From Smutsia gigantea (Eukaryota): DNA of 64,000 bases. Made by a program: the position numbers and the translations under genes. Below, piece by piece: positions 51,301 to 63,958 of the stretch (the stretch's first letter is position 1; every line of letters starts with the position of its first letter). The notes beneath the pieces are model-generated. The model was not told the DNA's origin. It made no database searches and saw only the letters and a list, made by a program, of their open reading frames with translations. The stretch covers positions 116,871 through 180,870 of the forward strand of contig JAVSCE010016072.1 of NCBI GenBank assembly GCA_032199065.1, read 5' to 3'.

Positions 51301-52820
51301 GCACAAAAACAGACCCACAGACCAGTGAAACAGAATAGAAAATACAAACATTAACTCAAACATATACAGTCAATTAATATTTGATAACGGAGCCTTGGAT
51401 ATACAATGGGGAGATAACAGCCTCTTCAGCAGCTGGTGTTGGCAAAACTGGACAGCTACATGTAAGAGAATGAAACTGGACTACTGTCTAACCCCATACA
51501 CAAAGGTAAACTCAAAATGGATCAAAGACCTGAATGTAAGTCATGAATCCATAAAACTCTTAGAAAAAAACATAGGTAAGAATTTCTTGGACATAAACAT
51601 GAGCGACTTCTTCATGAACATATCTCCCCGAGCAAGGGAAACAAAAGCAAAAATGAACAAGTGGGACTATATCAAGCTGAAAAGCTTCTGTACAGCAAAG
51701 GTCACCATCAGTAGAACAAAAAGACATCCTACAGTATGGGAGAATATATTCATAAATGACATATCCGATAAGGGGTTGACGTCCAAAATATATAAAGAAC
51801 TCACGCACCTCAACAAACATAAAGTAAATAATCCAATTAAGAAATGGGCACAAGACATGAATAGACACTTCTCCAAAGAAGAAACTCAGATGGCCAACAG
51901 GCACATGAAAAGATGCTCCACATCACTAATCATCAGAGAAATGCAGATTAAAACCACAATGAGATATCACCTCACACCAGTGAGGATGGCCAAAATCCAA
52001 AACACAAACAACAACAAATGTTGGTGAGGATGTGGAGAAAAGGGAAACCTCCTACACTGCTGGTGGGAATGCAAATTGGTTCAACCATTGTGGAAAGCAG
52101 TATGGAGGTTCCGCAGAAAACTCAAAATAGAAATACCATTTGACCCAGGAATCCCACTCCTAGGAATTTACCCTAAGAATGCAGCAGCCCAGTTTGAAAA
52201 AGACATATGCACCCCTATGTTTATCGCAGCACTATTTACAATAACCAAGAAATGGAAGCAACCTAAGTGTCCATCAGTAGATGAATGGATAAAGAAGATG
52301 TGATACATATACACAATGGAATATTATTCAGCCATAAGAAGAAAACAAATCCTACCATGTACAACAACGTGGATGGAGCTAGAGAGTATTATGCTCAGTG
52401 AAATAAGCCAAGCCAAAAAAAAACAAGTACCAAATAATTTCACTCATGTGTGGAGTGTAAGAACAAAGAAAAAACTGAAGGAACAAAATAACCACAGACT
52501 CACAGAACCCAAGAACGGACTAATAGTTACCAAAGGGAAAGTGACTGGGGAGGATCAATTGATTGGAAGGGAGGGACAAGGGGGAAAAAGGGGCATTATG
52601 ATTAGCAGATGTAATGTTCGGGGGGCACGGGGAGGGCAGTACAACTCAGAGAAGACAAATAGTGATTCTATAGTATCTCACTACGCTGATGGACAGTGAC
52701 TGTAATGGGGTTGGTGGGGGGGACCTGATGAAGGGGTAGTTTAATAACCGTAATATTGCACATGTAATTGTAGATTAATGATAATAAAATAAAGTATATA
52801 AAAAAAAAAGAAAAGAAAAT

Positions 52821-54610
52821 AGTGGCTAAAAGCTTACCAAACCTCAGGAAAGATATTAACTTACAGATCCAAGAAGCGCAAAGAACTGAAAGTAGGATAA
52901 GTACAAAGAGATCCATATCTAGACCCATTATAAACGCTGGAAGAAAAAAAAAAGACGAAAGAGAAAAACCTTGAAAGCAGCAAGTGCATTCAAACTCATC
53001 GTGTACATGGGACCAGCTGTCCAACTAACAGCTACTGTCTCATGGAAACAACGAGGCTAGAAGACATTTGGATGAGCTATTCAAATTGCTAAAAGAAAAA
53101 CAAAGCTGTCAACCAGTAATTCTATATTCAACAAAACTATTTTTCAAAATGATGGGAAAGAAAGACACCCCGAGGTGAACACAAACTGAGGCTTCATTGC
53201 TGGCGGTCCTGCCCTGGAGGGACACTAAAGGAAGTCCTTGTCACTAAAATAAAATGACATCAAACAGAAATCAAGTCCACAGAAAGTAATGAAGAGCCCT
53301 GGAAATTATAAATATGTGTGTAAATATCATTAAAAAATTTTATAATGTCTTAAAAAAAAATCTCTTGGACATAAACATGAGCAACTTCTTCATGAACATA
53401 TCTCCCCGGGCAAGGGAAACAAAAGCAAAAATGAACAAGTGGGACTATATCAAACTAAAAAGCTTCTGTACAGCAAAGGATACCATCAGTAGAACAAAAA
53501 GACATCCTACAGTATGGGAGAATATATTCACAAATGACATATCCGATAAGGGGTTGACATCCAAATTATATAAAGAGCTCACGCACCTCAACAAACAAGA
53601 AGCAAATAAGCCTATTAAAAAATGGGCAGAGGAGCTGAACACACTTCTCCAAAGAAGAAATTCAGATGATCAACAGGCACATGAAAAGATGCTCCATATC
53701 ACTAGTCATCAGAGAAATGCAGATTAAAAACCACAATGAGATATCACCTCACACCAGTTAGGATGGCTGCCATCCAAAAGACAAAGAACAACCAATGTTG
53801 GCGAGGATGTGGAGAAAGGGGAACCCTCCTACACTGCTGGTGAGAATGTAAATTAGTAAAACCATTGTGGGAAGCAGTATGGAAGTTTCTCAAAAACTCA
53901 AAATAGAAATACATTTGACCCAGGAATTCCACTCCTAGGAATTTACCCTAAACATGCAGCAGCCCAGTTTTAAAAAGACACATGTACCCCTATGTTTATT
54001 GCAGCACTATTTACAATAGCCAAGAAATGGAAGCAACCTAAGTGTCTGTCTATCAGTAGATGAATGGATGAAGAAGAGGTGGTACATATACACAATGGAA
54101 TATTATTCAGCCATAAGAAGAAAACAAATCCTACCATTTGCAACAACATGGATGGATCTAGAGGGTATTATGTTCAGTGAAATAAGCCAGGCAGAGAAAG
54201 ACAAGTATCAAATGACTTCACTTATCTGTGGAGTATAAGAACAAAGACAAAACTGTAGGAACCCAACAGCAGCAGACTCACAGAACCCAAGAATGGACTA
54301 ATAGTTACCAAAGGGAAAGGGACTGGGGAGGATTGGTGGAAAGGGAGGGATAAGGGTGAAAAAGGGCTATTACAATTAGCACACATAATGTAGTGGGGGT
54401 GGGGGTGGGGTGCGGGGATACAGGGAAGGCAGTATAACACAGAGAAGACAAATAGTGATTCTATAACATCCTACTACGCTGATGGACAGTGACTGCAATG
54501 GGGTATGTGGTGGGGACTTGATAATAGGGGGAGTCTAGTAACCATAATGTTGCTCATGTAATTGTATATTAATAATAGCAAAATAAAAAAATAAAAGAAT
54601 AAAAAAAACA
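52821..54610 (+). mobile_element. Older L1 fragments. 52821-53352 is the ORF1 3' half plus the inter-ORF region, ending in an A-run. 53353-54610 is the ORF2 C-terminal third plus the 3'UTR
   Basis: ...LQIQEAQRTESRISTKRS..., then FNKTIFQNDGKERHPEVNTN-like ORF1 C-terminus and cttaaaaaaaaa. After that come [56 protein letters not shown]...MEYYSAIRRKQILPFATTWMDLEGIM and the 3' end ...gtaattgtatattaataatagcaaaataaaaaaataaaag. Confidence 0.75.
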
Positions 54611-54939
54611 AATGAACAAAGTGAGCTTGCCACTTCAAGGAAAACAACTGACAGTATTTGTTGTCGACAATAAATTTGAGCTATCATGCAAAAATTAGAA
54701 TTTTGGAAATTTTGTATCTGCCGCTCTGAGCTTGACAGCTTCCCAATATTTAAAGGCTTTTCTGGTAAGACTGGTGTTATATTATTGAATGTGATTTGTT
54801 GATAATGTATTATAAAATGTGTCAACATTTAGAAAATCTGTTATATAACTCAGTGAAGCAACATTTTCCAAATGACCAATCTGTGATGTTTTGAAATCAT
54901 ACATGAATAAAAGATCCATTTAAAGTGCAAAAAAAAAAT

Positions 54940-55150
54940 TTACCATTTTCAACTGTACAGTTTTATGGTTTTTAATATATTTACTATGTTGTGCAACTAT
55001 TACCAGTGTCTAACTCTAGAACTTTTCCATCACCCCAAAAAGAAATTCCATACAATAGTCCCAATTCACCAACCCCTTACCATCCCCTGGCAACCATTAA
55101 TCTACTTTCTGTCTCTATGTATTTGTTGCTGTAATTTTATGTGTATTAAT
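54940..55150 (-). mobile_element. Old L1 3' fragment (antisense)
   Basis: gtgcaactattaccagtgtctaactctagaacttttccatcaccccaaaaagaaattccatac...ccttaccatcccctggcaaccattaatctactttctgtctctatg. Confidence 0.6.
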
Positions 55151-56439
55151 ACATATTTTAATTTCTAATACAGTAAATGTGGATAGATAAAACCCACATA
55201 AACAGAAGATCTTTTGGGACTCAATTTTTAAGAATGTAAGAGAATTCCAAAGCCAAAATATTGAAAACTACTGGTCTAATGTTGATTTTTTGCTTTGTTT
55301 TTAGGTTAGACATAAATGTCTAAATCAGGGTCCTCCCAGGAGCAAAAAGATGGAATGATCATCCCTGGTTAAGTTTCTAGTGGGACAGAGAACTACTTAA
55401 CAGAATATTAACCTATAGGACATGGGACCTATGTGTGAAGCTTAGTAACAGACTCTGGTGCATTGAGTACTGAGTTACAAAGTAAGGAACATCTGAGCTA
55501 GCCTCTTCAACTCAGACATATGCCACCTGAGCTCTGCACCTCACAAGGTGGCTTTGGGCTCAGCAAGAGCTGAGTGCAAGGTTGACTGTTCACTATCCAG
55601 CCAGCGTGGCCCACACCTACAGAAGTGATCAAATGTTAAAGCACCACTGACTGGCACTGAAGTCAAGTCCTGAAATGCACAAAACAACCACCCCGTCCAC
55701 TTCGTACACCAGGCGTGCGAAACAACTAGAGGCAAGAAACTGTAGAAAGATCACTACCAGTCGTTCAGAATAACCCTGTTTTCACGCAACGTCTTCCTTT
55801 TTCATATAATCAATTCGTCTGCCTCTCAAATAGTGAAAACTATATTTAATTCAGCGAAATTTTGGATAAATCAATTAAAATATCTTTGTTGTGTTTGACA
55901 CGTACCAATATTTGTAGTGCGAAAATTGGTAAAGCCTCAGGGACAAGGAGTTGGGAGGCCTGCAAAGTGAGCTCTCATGCCCACCACTCCTGCTCAATTG
56001 CAGACCCCACAGGAAGGAAGACGACACTTTGCAACTCCATCTTGGCTGCTTTACCATCCAGTAGGAAGGAAGAGTTTCTGACCATCCCAGCAACAGCCCA
56101 GCCAATGAGAGACTCTTAAACTTCAGCCCCATGAGCCCGTATGACAGATGGGACTCCCAGTTTCCACCAAAGGACTTTTGCTTAGAACAGTCCTCCAACT
56201 CTCCCCCTTTCTTCTATAAGAAGTCTCCTCTCCTTTGTTCTCTGGACACGGTTGTGGTTTTGCCATAGTTGCTTGTCCCGCATCGCAATTCTCTGCCCTT
56301 CCCAAATAAACACATCCTGCTGGTAAAATAATTGGCAGCTTTATTTGTAAGGTTAACAGTAGTTACTTGAAGGAAGAAAATGAGGTGGAAAGTCCGCACT
56401 TAAACAAACCTACACCTCAAAACCCAAAAGCCAGAAAAC

Positions 56440-56900
56440 AAAGGGAGCCCAGTGATTGGCGGGGCTTGACACCTCCCCATCGGGTGCGGGGGCCCCAGGG
56501 TTTGCGCAGAGCGCGGGCTACGTTTCGGTGGCCCCCTTCCGCGCATGCGTCCTCCGCCAGGGGAACCTTATCCTTGAAGGACCCGGAGGCGAGCCCTTAG
56601 AGGGCGGGATAGTTGCGGGCCGGGGCTTCCGGCGGTGAGGAGCTGGGATTGGTGGAGCCTAGGAGAGGGGGCGGGGCACCGGGAAATTCGAATGGGAGAG
56701 GCGGTTCAAAGGAGGGCGTGGAATGGACGCGGGGGTCACCGTGCAGCCGAGGCGACGCGAGATGGCGGCACTGGCCTCAGGTATCCGAACCTGGCGTGGG
56801 CAGGGTGGGGCCCAGAAGTCCGGAACCGTGTAGGATAATGCGTCGGAGTCTGGTCTGGGCTCTGGGGCTTGTCCCTGAGAGTCCGAATTGGTGCGGGGGC
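56440..56900 (+). promoter_or_regulatory. KIF22: CpG-island promoter of KIF22, with inverted CCAAT boxes, GC boxes and a CHR-like TTCGAA
   Basis: High CpG density from about 56440 (gattggcggggcttgacacctccccatcgggtgcggggg...gcgcgggctacgtttcgg...ccgcgcatgcgtcctccgcc). ATTGG at 56455-56459 and 56648-56652. GGGGCGGGG at 56667-56675. TTCGAA at 56687-56692, 21 nt before the ATG at 56713. Confidence 0.7.
56713..56770 (+). CDS. KIF22: KIF22 coding exon 1 (MDAGVTVQPRRREMAALAS), phase-1 donor g|gtatcc
   Basis: The ATG sits in the CpG island. The peptide parallels human [23 protein letters not shown]. The donor GT at 56771 keeps the frame into exon 2 (the split codon g + ga gives Gly). Confidence 0.75.
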
Positions 56901-57619
56901 AGGAATGGAAAGTTGGAATTGTGGGAGTCGCAAGCTGGTCAACCTTTCAGCTCTTTCCATCTCCTGTTTCCTACTCTCTGTACGGATCTTTTGAGACCTG
57001 GTTTCTGCACTAAGAGCTTCCTTTGGCCCAGCGCACTTTTTCTCTGTGCGCTTCTTTGTAAAATGGGGACAGTGACCCCCATCTCAAGAGGGTACCTGAG
57101 TAAGCGAGCGAAAAGTGGCTAACACTAACCCTAAGGACCAAAAGAAAGGAACTGGGTGCGAGTTTTGGGGGAAGTGTTGTGTATGACGTGTTGTTTGGGT
57201 GAGGGGAGATCTCTGAGAGTGTAGGAGGGCAGGCTGAAGTTCAGATGGGCTGCAGCTGTGTGAGAGCTGATAGCACCAGATGTGCTGAGATCACAGAAAA
57301 GGGAAAAAAGGTACTGTTTCCTTTCACTCTAGCAGTTGAAGTCAATGCTATTTTAGGTTGTTAGACATTCATAATCTTGCATTTATTTGTTTACATATGT
57401 CTCTGCTCTCTTCTTCTAGACTGTGATTATGGGAGACACAATAGTAATTTGAGTCCCTTACTCTTAGGCCCTGTGGAGAAATATACAGTGTTTGACATTA
57501 GTAGAATGTCAAGCACATACTGAGCCCTTGCTAGGTGCCAGGCCCATAAAGTGTAAGCACTTGATGGTGATGAATCATTTAATCTACACACAGTGCTATG
57601 AGGTGGTTTACTATTAATT

Positions 57620-57725
57620 GTCCCTGTTTTACAGATGAGGAAACTGAGGCATAGATGGGTTAAAGAGCTTGCTCATAGTTAACACAACTGGTCAATATTG
57701 GTCTGATTTTGCACTTAGTCAGGCT
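57620..57725 (-). mobile_element. MIR SINE fragment in KIF22 intron 1
   Basis: tccctgttttacagatgaggaaactgaggcatagatgggttaaagagcttgctcatagttaacacaactggtcaat. Confidence 0.7.
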
Positions 57726-59569
57726 GACCTTACCCATTATGCCCAAGTACATGATATTTCTGCTGTCTAAGCACAACCTTCCCAAGATTCACTGTGCCTC
57801 ATACATAGTAGATATTGTAAAAATGCTTGAATATTTTCCCTTCTTTAGAGGAGAATATAATAATCTGTTTCAGTAGATAGTTATGTAAACATTTATCATG
57901 AAAAGCAATGAGAGCTGTGTATAAACTGCTATGGAGAGTGCAAAAATAAACGCTCAGGTATTCTGGGAGGACTTCATTAAAGAAGAGATATTTGAGGTGG
58001 GTTTCGAAAGTTGGATAGGAGTTTGCCAGGCCTTGGTGGGATAAAAAGACCAACAAGTGTTTTCATATTTGTGATGTAAAGAGAGGCCAAAGATGATCTC
58101 TCTGGCTCAATTTCCTCCTCAATAAAAGGGAAAAGAGTTAAGACTAATGAAATTTTGGGGATTGTGGGAGAGAGAAAAATTAAAAGAAATTAAGTGCTAA
58201 CCTCATCCAACCTCGAAGTTGCTTTTAGGGTACACTCTTATACTGTAAGCAGTTGTTTGTATGTGCTTCTCCTTCCCTCCTCCCCTGGACAAGCTTTGGG
58301 ACGAAAAAGGCAGTAAGCCACTTCATGATGAACTGTTTTGTGTAAATTCATTCACTAGATCGTAATTGGTTTAGCAAACAGACTCCCCAAGGGTCTACTT
58401 TGTGCCAACCATTGGGGATATAAAGGGGAGCAGAGTAAGACTCGTTTTCACTTGAGTTCAACAGTTAGAGAAGACAGACAAGCAGTTACAGTGGAGGACA
58501 GAAGATATTCCAGGGAGAGAGAACAGCATGTGCAAAAAGGCCCAAAGGTGTGAGAGAACTTGGTGTGTTGTAGGAACTGAAGGAAGTTCATTATAGCCGA
58601 GAGTTTACAATGCAAGGAAGGAAGTGGAGAGAAAATTATTGGATGGGAGTGAGACTGGAGGTAGAGAGACCAGTTGGGAGATGACTTTGGCAAAGACTGT
58701 GCAGTGCAGATAGAGGTGGATTCATTTGAAAAGGTAGAATTGTTTAAAGAAAAAAAAATAGGTAGATGTTAATTAATAATTAATGTGGGAGGTGAGAAGG
58801 AAGATGGATTTAGGAAAGATTCTCATCTTGGGGTTGGTTTCATTCGTCTACCTTAGCACAGAAGGAAGGTGAGATTGCAGAAAGATGGGGAAAGGTTCAG
58901 TTTAGAACAGGTGGAGTTTGAAGTATGTGAGAACCATGTAAGAAGAGTGGTCAGAACAGCACCTTGGATCCAAAGTTCTGGCTAGTGCTCTGGTGTGGAG
59001 GTTTCCATCAGGAGTCATCAGCTTTAAGATGTAATTAAAGCCAAGAGAGCAGGTGACCGTGCCCACGAAATGAATCCAAGTAGTGGCTCTCAACTGTTTT
59101 TGTTCCCCATGCAGACATTTATGGTGTCTGGAGACATTTTTGAGTGTTATAATGGGAGAGGGGCGTGGAACGTTACCTGCCATTGTGTTTGGCCCCTATG
59201 TGCTGAACATTGTACAATGCGCAGGATAGCCCCAACCCAAGCTGCCCAGCCCAAAAGGTCGATAGTGCTGACATGGAGCAACTCTAGTCTAAAGAGAGGA
59301 CAGAAGATGCCTAGGAAAATCACTGAAGGATGGCAGAAAGGAGTGAACAGAGATCTAATGGGTAGCACGGAAATGAAGGGAAAACTATATTTCCCAAAGG
59401 AAAGCAGATCAAGGGTGTTAATTACTGCTGGAAAGTCTAACGAGGGGACAGAAGCATCTACTGGATTTAGCAGTGAGGAAGGCATTGGTGATCCTGCTGA
59501 AAGGTGAAGGCAAGAGCTAGTTGCTGCTTTGACAAAGGAGTAGCAAAAGTGTAATAATCACAACAGGGA

Positions 59570-59765
59570 ACCTTTACTGAGCACTTGCTGCCAGGCACTG
59601 TGCTAAACATTGTACGCATATTGTTTCTCTGTCTCCTCACAGTCTTCCTAGGGTAGATACTGTTTTTATTTTGTAAAGAGAAACTGAGGCTTGAAGAGGT
59701 TAAGAAGCCTTCCCAAGGTCACGCAGCTAGTAGGTGAAACCTGTCTCTGACTCCAAGGCCCATGG
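59570..59765 (-). mobile_element. MIR SINE, nearly full length, in KIF22 intron 1
   Basis: ctttactgagcacttgctgccaggcactgtgctaaacattgtacgc...actgaggcttgaagaggttaagaagccttcccaaggtcacgcagctagtaggtgaaacctgtctctgactccaaggcccatg. Confidence 0.8.
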
Positions 59766-60029
59766 GGATACAAAGATGAAGAGGCTGAGGAAGCCTGGGG
59801 ACTCATGTAATGAGCTTTGGAGTTGGACCTTCATTTGAAGCTGTCACTAGCTAGCTGTTAATCGCCAGCAAGTTAGCTAACCTCTCTACACTGAGGTTCA
59901 CTCATTTGGAAAATGGGATAGATAGAAAATAAAACACTGAGCTTATACTAAGTACCAAATGCTGTTCTAAGCACTTTTACATGAAATTACCTTATTATTG
60001 CCTGAACAACGGAATGTGTAAGTATTCTT

Positions 60030-60140
60030 TTACAGTTGTGGAAATTGAGGCACAGGAATAGAAAATCATTTCCCCAGGCTTTTTAGTTAGTTGTGGCAGA
60101 GCTTGGATTTGAACCCAGGCCATCTCACTTTGAATAATGA
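60030..60140 (-). mobile_element. MIR fragment
   Basis: ttttacagttgtggaaattgaggcacaggaatag...gttgtggcagagcttggatttgaacccaggccatctcac. Confidence 0.65.
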
Positions 60141-60224
60141 ACCTACCTACTATGTGCTAGTTACTGTGCTGGCATTTTACACGATACTTCTGATCCCCAT
60201 TAAGCCCTTCTAAGGCCCACTCGA

Positions 60225-60345
60225 CTCCATTTTATAGACAAGGAAACCGGAGCACATGAATGTTAAGTCATTTGCCCAAAGTCACAAGCTAGTAAGTGTT
60301 AGAGCTGGAATTTGAATTCAGCTCTGTCTGAACAGAGTCTATACT
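60225..60345 (-). mobile_element. MIR fragment
   Basis: ccattttatagacaaggaaaccggagcacatgaatgttaagtcatttgcccaaagtcacaagctagtaagtgttagagctggaatttgaattcagctctgtctgaac. Confidence 0.65.
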
Positions 60346-62122
60346 CTTTCTTCATCACTGCAGACTTCCTTTCCCTCATATCTATCACTGAGCTTCCTTA
60401 AGTGCTTTTGTATCTGCCATCTTTCTTGTTCTCACAAAAAACTTTGGGTGAGCTAGGCTATGGGAGGCTCCTGCACACATTTTTGACAAGTCAGTAAACT
60501 CTGCACTTTAGTTTTCTAATCTGCACAGGGGCACCAGCAGGTTTTTGCTTACTTGCTACTGACTTTCAGGATTGTTATGAGGATCAAATGAAAACCAGAT
60601 GGCCTATTGCTTTGTAAACCATAAAGTGAGAAGTGGTGTTACTAGCTTCATTTATCAGATGAAGGAACAGAGGCCCAATTCTTGAAACAGGCCATCAGCT
60701 TATGGATATGTCTTATTTTGTATAATATTCTTTCCAGGGGTAGTCTGTCCACTTTTGTCTTAGGTTTCTCTGTTGGCCACCACAGCAGCCTCTTGCCTTA
60801 TATGTCTGTGGTTCCCAACAACCAGCTGCTAACCACCAGCAAAAGGGAAAGAGTCAGAACTACCAAGAATTTTCCCAATTAGTTTATAGCAGGGAGGCAA
60901 TATGGCATCCTCATTAAAAGCTGGCTTTTGCAGGTGAAAAGATCTGTCTGATGAATTCTGCTGCAAGCTACATCATGATACCCTCCAATGTAAAACAGAG
61001 AAATATCCTCCTTATACTTTTCAGCTTCAACCTGTACAAAAATAAAGAGGCTTTTTTTTTTGCTTTTAGTTTAATGTGTTTTCTGGTGATAAAAGTAATT
61101 CATATGTTTTTTTTTTCCAAATAACTTAGATTGAAAGGAAACTAAACAGAAAGCTTACAATAGAGAAGGATTTGCACGTCGGTGACTTTTGCAAACTGAG
61201 CCAAGCCAGAAAGACACTGAGGGCTGCCTCTCAACCTTATCCTTTCCAAACAAGGAATCCACAGCATCTTTTTCTTTTTAATGCAAATACTATAGACATT
61301 ACAGCATTACAGAACTTGGTAACAGAAAATAAACCCACATAATCCCCCATCAAGGGAAAACCATTGTTAACAGTTTAGTGTGTATGTGTGTGTGTACACA
61401 GAAAAGTCAGGCAGTTCATTGACTGGTTTTGGGTGGAGGGCAAGTGTCAACTATTTTAATCCTTAGAGCAACTCTGGGATGTTGGTCTGCAATACCTTGT
61501 TAGTTCAGTGTGTCCCACCCACAGCGTCCACATCATCTGGGAGTTTGTTAGAAATGAATAATCTCAGGCATCACCCCAGGGACTGAAATCCAATCTGCAT
61601 TGTAACAAGCTCTTCCAGGTTATTTGTGTACACATTACAGTCTACACCCCGCTGGACCTCCTTGTAGAGCAGGGAAGGAACTGAGGCCAAGCTTGGAGAC
61701 ACCTATAGTATAGCTAGGGGAGAAAGCTCCCACAAACTGAGCTTTGGCCCCTGGCACTCCCAATGGCCTCCAGGCCTGCTTACCACCCAGGTCAAGGTTC
61801 TGGGTCTCTAGTTTACTAAGATGCTGGGGTTTGTTTTGTTTGTAGACTCTGCCTCTTCCTCCTTTGAAGAGCAAAAGGACAAAATGTAGGCTATGATACA
61901 GGACAAAGTAATGGCCACATGGCCCCAAGTATAAAATACCAAGGTGTTCAGAAGAGATGCTGCACCTCTGTGAACTTCTTCATTGGTAAAATGGGACTAA
62001 TAGAACCTACCTCTCATGGGCACCATCATGATTAAAGTGTGCCTGGCATGTAGTCAGTGCTTAATAAATGTTAATGTTTGCTAAATACACAATATGGTTT
62101 ACAGTCCCTGAACTATACATAA

Positions 62123-62659
<537 letters not shown>

Positions 62660-63958
62660 TAAGGTTTAGGCCACTCTTCCCTCTCATCCCTCTCTCTCCT
62701 GGATCTGCTCATACTGTCACTCACCCAGACAGTCTCTCAGACCTGCCTCCTCAGGGTCCTTGCTTTTTCTTAGCACAGCTTTGTTCCCCACCCCTTCTTT
62801 TGTCCATTCAGGAAATGCACACGGGTGCCTGCTGTGGCAGGTCCTCTGTAGGCCACTGTGGGAAAAGACTGGAGGCTGAATCAGACATGCCTTACTGACC
62901 ACAGCCTTGTGGGGGAAATATGCACAGAGAGGAATGTGAGCCGGGGAGTCCCATCTAGGGTCTGGGGAAGTAAGGGAAAGGTTGGGGAAACACAGCCAGC
63001 CAGCCAACCAGGCTATCACTGGGTGGTGTCAGAGAAGACCACCCAGATTTGAGGACAGAACTCACAAGGGTAGCTACTTTAAAATCCCATTGGACATTTA
63101 AAGTTCAGACTCTTGGCCTGTTATTCTAGGCCAGGCGTAGCAAACTACAGCCTCCAGGTCAAATCTGACCAGGAGTCTTTTTGTAAATAAAAGCTTTATT
63201 GGAACATAACGACACTTGTTTATTTACATATTGTCTGTGGCTACTTTCTGACTACAATGCCAGAGTTGAGTAGTTGCGAAAGGAGCCACATGGCCCACAA
63301 AGCCTAAATATTTGCTATTTGGCTCTTTACAGAAAAAAGTTTGCTGACCCCATTCTAGGCCCCTGATGATTTGGCTTCAGTTTCTTTCCAGCCTCACGCT
63401 ACACTACACTTACACTAATCCCTATTGTGGCCTCAGCCACAGCTTCTCCACCAAAGGGCAATGAATGGGCTACAGGTGTATGGAGTCTCATCTACTCATA
63501 ACCAGCATCCTCTGTTTACTCCATTAATGTGTACAAATACTACTTCCTATATATACTGTCATGTGAAAAAGATTGGGAAGCCTTGCCCTTTCACACCAAG
63601 TCTTGTCTGTGTGCTATTTTTGATACATAGAATATCCTTCACTTTGGCAAAATCTTCCTTTCTCAAGCATAATCAGTTACACCTTCTAGTGCACTCTTAT
63701 CTTCATTTCCTGAATCTCAGCAAAGTATGGGTATCTATCTGTCCCACTAGACTGCAGAACTCCCAAGAGCAGGGACCTCAGATTCATCTCCGTATTCCTA
63801 ACACCAATATAGGGAATGGGACAGAAGAGGTTGTTCAGGGGGTGCCTTCCAACCTCATTCAAGAAAAGGGACAGACTCTTAAATCTGAGGCCAGTATTCT
63901 CTAGGTCTGGGTGAGAATAGAACCCTTCACTAATTCCCTTCTTTCTTCTTGCTTGCAG

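Larger units (their letters stand above)
46692..52820 (+). mobile_element. Full-length young LINE-1 (about 6.1 kb) nested in older L1 sequence. ORF1 is intact and ORF2 is disrupted by many stops and frameshifts. I could not find a TSD by eye
   Basis: The 5'UTR starts ...ccgggaagatggtggcgtgagcagggcggcggaaatctcc and runs to 47497. ORF1 47498-48064. ORF2 is broken into at least 8 open pieces between 48650 and 52700. The 3' end is ...taattgtagattaatgataataaaataaagtatataaaaaaaaaagaaaagaaaat. Confidence 0.88.

Noticed and set aside
51395-52027. 210-aa ORF, the longest piece of the plus-strand young L1 ORF2 (C-terminal region)
   Set aside because: A fragment only. ORF2 of this element is interrupted many times upstream (48.6-51.3 kb), so no functional ORF2p.
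56613-57122. 169-aa plus-strand ORF overlapping KIF22 exon 1 and intron 1
   Set aside because: It is in a different frame from the KIF22 exon, runs through the splice donor into the intron, and is Gly/Arg-rich. A CpG-island artefact.
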